From: Candidatus Obscuribacteraceae bacterium
Lineage (GTDB): Bacteria; Cyanobacteriota; Vampirovibrionia; Obscuribacterales; Obscuribacteraceae
Reading direction: 5' to 3'
Length of the DNA: 64,000 bases
Assembly: GCA_044229845.1 (NCBI GenBank)
Contig: JBGASG010000001.1
Coordinates: forward strand, 384,001 to 448,000
Part shown: one piece after another, positions 60,638-64,000 of the stretch
How the letters are laid out: the number at the start of each line of letters is the position of its first letter
Position numbering within the stretch: position 1 is the stretch's first letter
Made by a program: the position numbers and the translations under genes
Notes under the pieces: model-generated
Told to the model about the DNA's origin: nothing
The model's database searches: none
The model's input: only the letters and a program-made list of their open reading frames with translations

Positions 60638-61465
60638 CTACATAGACTGGACGCGGCTGACCGTTTGCGCCAGCGCGCGTGCTAACCCTGTCGAGGTTAC
60701 TTGCGTGAAAGGCTTGACGTCGACGATGTCATAGCGGGCATGCTGCGCCCTCAGGCGATGATTCAGTTCGCCGAGAAACCGCGAGCCGTTGGTATCATTG
60801 CCGATTTGCAAAAACGTGATTGCTACTTCCTGCGCATCAGTCATGTGCTGAGTCGCTTCAACGATAGCTTCGCGCAAATGAATCGGGCTGTCCGGGCAGC
60901 CATCGGTGACGATGGCGATCAGCAGCGGCTTGGCATGAGCATCTTGTTGGCGATTGGCAAAATAGGCTGCCAGTTGGCTGCGCAGAGCGGCTGCCGTGTC
61001 CGTTCCGCCGTCGCACTGCGCTTTCTCAAAGATGGGCGCGACGGCATCGGCGCGAACGTTCTCGTTGACGTCGATGTTATCTGAGTAGAGCACCACTTTG
61101 ATGCCCGACGGCAGGACATCGCGCGTCTGCACGGCGATGTCCTGAGCTTGTTCTCGGCACCACTGCCAGCGGCTGATCCGGTTGCCGGACGCTGCACTTG
61201 TGCAATCGGTCTTAGTCATCGAACGCGATTTGTCGATGATCAAAACGACGTCGCGTTCACCCAGTTGATTCAGTTCTTCGGCGGAGAGTCGCGTGGCGTT
61301 GTTGCCGACCACCGCGCTCAAGGTGCGTTCCGTCGCCGGGCTCGGCGACTGCGCCTTCAGCGTACCGAAGTACATGGTTAAGTTACCTGCGAAGCAAGGT
61401 GCGAGGAAAAAATTGGACAGCAGCATAGCGCACGTCCAACCCATAAGGGGCCGACTGATGTTCAT
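60638..61465 (-). CDS. secreted vWA domain protein
   Basis: MIDAS DKSRSM, GGT, VTDG; signal peptide. Confidence 0.88.
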   Translation of the reverse strand: MNISRPLMGWTCAMLLSNFFLAPCFAGNLTMYFGTLKAQSPSPATERTLSAVVGNNATRLSAEELNQLGERDVVLIIDKSRSMTKTDCTSAASGNRISRWQWCREQAQDIAVQTRDVLPSGIKVVLYSDNIDVNENVRADAVAPIFEKAQCDGGTDTAAALRSQLAAYFANRQQDAHAKPLLIAIVTDGCPDSPIHLREAIVEATQHMTDAQEVAITFLQIGNDTNGSRFLGELNHRLRAQHARYDIVDVKPFTQVTSTGLARALAQTVSRVQSM

Positions 61466-61569
61466 CCCGATGTTCTCTCAAACTATGTGGGAGAACGTGA
61501 CGGCGCAACTCTACATTAGTTCCAATCATGCTGGTTGGAATCAAGTAACGCAGCTGTTCAATTCAAAAC

Positions 61570-61743
61570 TCAATTCTTCGGAATGGCGAACTCTTCCATC
61601 GCATGGAAGTCATCTACTATGACTTGCGCTGACTTGCGCCAGAGTCGCTTCATAGTTTCGTCATTCTCGAAAGCGATCATCTCATCGCGATCTATGACTT
61701 CGGACTTGGTAATTTCAGCTTTGATAAATTCAAGCAATGCCAT
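61570..61743 (-). CDS. small acidic protein (57 aa, not in ORF track)
   Basis: MALLEFIKAEITKSEVIDRDEMIAFENDETMKRLWRKSAQVIVDDFHAMEEFAIPKN; GGGGG upstream. Confidence 0.5.
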   Translation of the reverse strand: MALLEFIKAEITKSEVIDRDEMIAFENDETMKRLWRKSAQVIVDDFHAMEEFAIPKN

Positions 61744-62043
61744 CTAGTTTGCCCCCGCAAAACATCGACCGCCCTAACCGCACATTTATATCGAACGAGT
61801 GTCTGCCTATATACGGGGTTTTCCAAAGTTGGACACTTAAAGCCCACAATTTATCTGACTGACGTGATTCGATATCGGTATCGCCGGCGGTATCACATTT
61901 CAGCGCTTCAATCAGGGCTCAAGCTGCACCAGGTCGCAGCTGCGGAGATTTCCAGGGAAAATACTGGTCAAATCGCCAAAACTGCGCTTATACTGATGAT
62001 GTCAGTGGTTTCCTCTGTCGTCCCCTTACTAAGCAAAATCATC

Positions 62044-62568
62044 ATGAAGCTATCTATCTGCACTGCTGTGGCGGTTTTACTCCTGTCTCCCGCGATTGCA
62101 TTGGCGCAAAACGGCAACCTGCCTGCCGTTCAAAACTCATACATGTCCGGATCGTCGAGCCGCAGCGCTGCCATGCAGGAGCAGCAGAAAATGCAGCAAC
62201 GCATGAAGCTCCAACAGATGCAGGCGGGCGCTCGCCAGGGCGCCGGAGCCGGCAGAGCCAATCTGGGGCAGACATACGGGCAACCGCAACCCCAGCAACA
62301 GATACAGCAGCAACAAGCAGCGGCTGGTATGCCGGTGCAGTCGATGATCAACAACGGGCTGCCGCAGGTTAGAACCAGTCGCTACTGTGGGATGCCGGGC
62401 GAGGACATGGTGAAAAACAACGTCCGGTCAGCAGCCATTCAGGCGCGTAATCCCAAGCCGGTGGTGAGGGCACAGCCCAAGCCGCAGGTGCCGCAGGGAC
62501 CCACATATTCATACTCGGGCGGCTACGACTATAAGAGCAGTCCGGGCGATCAGGGCGGCCAGCAATAG
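62044..62568 (+). CDS. secreted Gln-rich hypothetical protein
   Basis: Signal peptide MKLSICTAVAVLLLSPAIALAQ; Q/P-rich body. Confidence 0.7.
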   Translation: MKLSICTAVAVLLLSPAIALAQNGNLPAVQNSYMSGSSSRSAAMQEQQKMQQRMKLQQMQAGARQGAGAGRANLGQTYGQPQPQQQIQQQQAAAGMPVQSMINNGLPQVRTSRYCGMPGEDMVKNNVRSAAIQARNPKPVVRAQPKPQVPQGPTYSYSGGYDYKSSPGDQGGQQ

Positions 62569-62584
62569 TCCTCTCTAAACCAGG

Positions 62585-63208
62585 CTAGGTTTCGTCCTTG
62601 ACCGTCTGCTTGTCCAGAAAACTGCGCCCGCGCAGCCGGGTGCCGGAGCTGGTGTCCACCGTGCCGCCCTCTACCGCATCGCCGTCGGCGGCAATCGAGC
62701 CAGCCGTGCCTGTATCGCGTGCGCCGGTGGCGCTGTCGGACTGATCGGCAAACATGTCCGCGCCCCATTCCGGTACGTCAGGCACGGTCAGGAGATAGCA
62801 AATATAGGACGGCATGATGGCGCATAAGAATGGAAAGACGATATAGCAAAACTCGGCGAAGTCCTCTGGAATCACGGAGAAAATCGGTGCAAACAGTCTG
62901 TAGAGCGCCGGTCCGAAGATTGTGGTGACCAGACAAATGGTGATTAAGTTAAGCGTAGCCGGCATCCAGAACGCGTGGGAGGCTTTGCGTTTGCCGGCAG
63001 GCAGAAGGGCCAGTTTGATGGAAACCCAGTAGGCTGGATAAATGGGTAGCAGGCTGAGCCAGGTAGCCGGAACCGGACCATCGCTGCTGTCCACTCCCAG
63101 CATCGGCGAGACTAGAGCCGTGATCAGAATTAAGGGCACACTGACGATAAAGCAGATAATAAAGAATACAAACCAGGCGACCGTTTTTCGCAAGAACGAA
63201 AAGTGCAT
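62585..63208 (-). CDS. membrane protein, hypothetical
   Basis: Four hydrophobic helices and an acidic tail. Confidence 0.7.
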   Translation of the reverse strand: MHFSFLRKTVAWFVFFIICFIVSVPLILITALVSPMLGVDSSDGPVPATWLSLLPIYPAYWVSIKLALLPAGKRKASHAFWMPATLNLITICLVTTIFGPALYRLFAPIFSVIPEDFAEFCYIVFPFLCAIMPSYICYLLTVPDVPEWGADMFADQSDSATGARDTGTAGSIAADGDAVEGGTVDTSSGTRLRGRSFLDKQTVKDET

Positions 63209-63247
63209 AGATTAACGCAATCCCTTAAAAGGTCTGTCTGCAGTTAA

Positions 63248-63793
63248 TTATGCCCCGGTTTGCTTCCACCGGATGCTTTTGAAGGAGAACATAACCTCCA
63301 GCAAGTGGCTGGAGTATTGTTCTTCTGGAGACATGAAGATGACTTCTTGAACCAGCCTGCCATCGCCGAGACAGTCGACCAGCACCCAGAAGAGTTCTTC
63401 CTTCGTTTTCAACCAGCAACCGCTGATGACCAGGGCATCCTTGCCATTCCAGCTCTCCAGCGAGAACTTGGACGGTGTGAAGGTGCGCGGGCTTTCGGCT
63501 CCGCGCAAAAGGTCTGAGTACTCTTCCAGATTTTCCTTCAGCAAGCAACGTGGCGTAGAAGCGAAGAGCGCCTGGACGCGTGCTGCCTGAACGTCGTCGT
63601 ACGGGCTGAGCTGCAGGAAGATCGAAAACTGCACGCGCGAGTCGCGCGGTGAATAGCAAGTCATTTGCTGGCGGCGTCCTGCGATTTGTTTGATGCGCCC
63701 CTCTGCCGAGCAGATCCATCCGGCGGGCAATAACAAGTGCTCGATGCTGCCGAAGTTGGTGATTTCCAGATTTTTGCCAGTCACAGTGCTCAT
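63248..63793 (-). CDS. hypothetical protein
   Basis: ATG at 63793 overlaps upstream stop (ATGA); LLLPAGW...F..F.SIRW PsbP-like pattern. Confidence 0.7.
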   Translation of the reverse strand: MSTVTGKNLEITNFGSIEHLLLPAGWICSAEGRIKQIAGRRQQMTCYSPRDSRVQFSIFLQLSPYDDVQAARVQALFASTPRCLLKENLEEYSDLLRGAESPRTFTPSKFSLESWNGKDALVISGCWLKTKEELFWVLVDCLGDGRLVQEVIFMSPEEQYSSHLLEVMFSFKSIRWKQTGA

Positions 63794-64000
63794 CTCCACA
63801 GTGCTCCATAAAGAGCGCCTGCCGGCGCGGTCATATTTTGACTGGAACCCCACTGGTTGCTGATGTCGACCAGTAAGTGTCCCGGGTTATTTGGATCAGG
63901 ACGATATCCAGTGACGAGCACTACGTGGCTGCCGCCGCCGCTCTGTCCAAACAACGGATTGCGCGTGTCGACCCAAACTACTGCAGGCAATTTACCATTG
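63790..64000 (-). CDS. C-terminus of papain-like / C39-like peptidase domain protein (truncated by window)
   Basis: PAVVWV...GSHVVLVTGY...V.ISNQWG pattern. Confidence 0.65.
   Translation of the reverse strand, partial: NGKLPAVVWVDTRNPLFGQSGGGSHVVLVTGYRPDPNNPGHLLVDISNQWGSSQNMTAPAGALYGALWR

Overview
This is a GC-rich bacterial chromosomal segment. The gene repertoire (many TPR, MshEN and secreted hypothetical proteins, cyanobacteria-like housekeeping genes, no photosynthesis genes in the window) suggests a non-photosynthetic cyanobacterial relative such as Vampirovibrionia/Obscuribacterales; this is inference only. Positions 1-31 kb are mostly housekeeping: rpsF-ssb-rpsR, xerD, an AsmA-like protein, trmFO, ferredoxin, rpsO-pnp, HU, rsfS, an acyl-CoA ligase and tRNA-Gly(CCC). 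After the tRNA comes an accessory-looking region, which also holds creD, ArnC/ArnT-like glycosyltransferases, pckG and gabD. The main finding is that the two separately called ORFs at 41944-42279 and 42403-43356 are one reading frame broken by a single in-frame TGA. The TGA sits at the redox-site position of a Selenoprotein N-like thioredoxin fold and is followed by a bacterial SECIS-like hairpin, so this is a probable unannotated secreted selenoprotein. Other highlights: a secreted bacterial protein resembling the plant XLG/EDR4 domain, an orphan secreted deaminase-like toxin with a DAE motif, a WYL regulator divergent from a DUF6745-type gene pair with a long intergenic inverted repeat, and a PLD-nuclease/XRE-HTH fusion flanked by a triple repeat. 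No CRISPR array, rRNA or transposase was seen. Family names come from motif recognition, not database searches.
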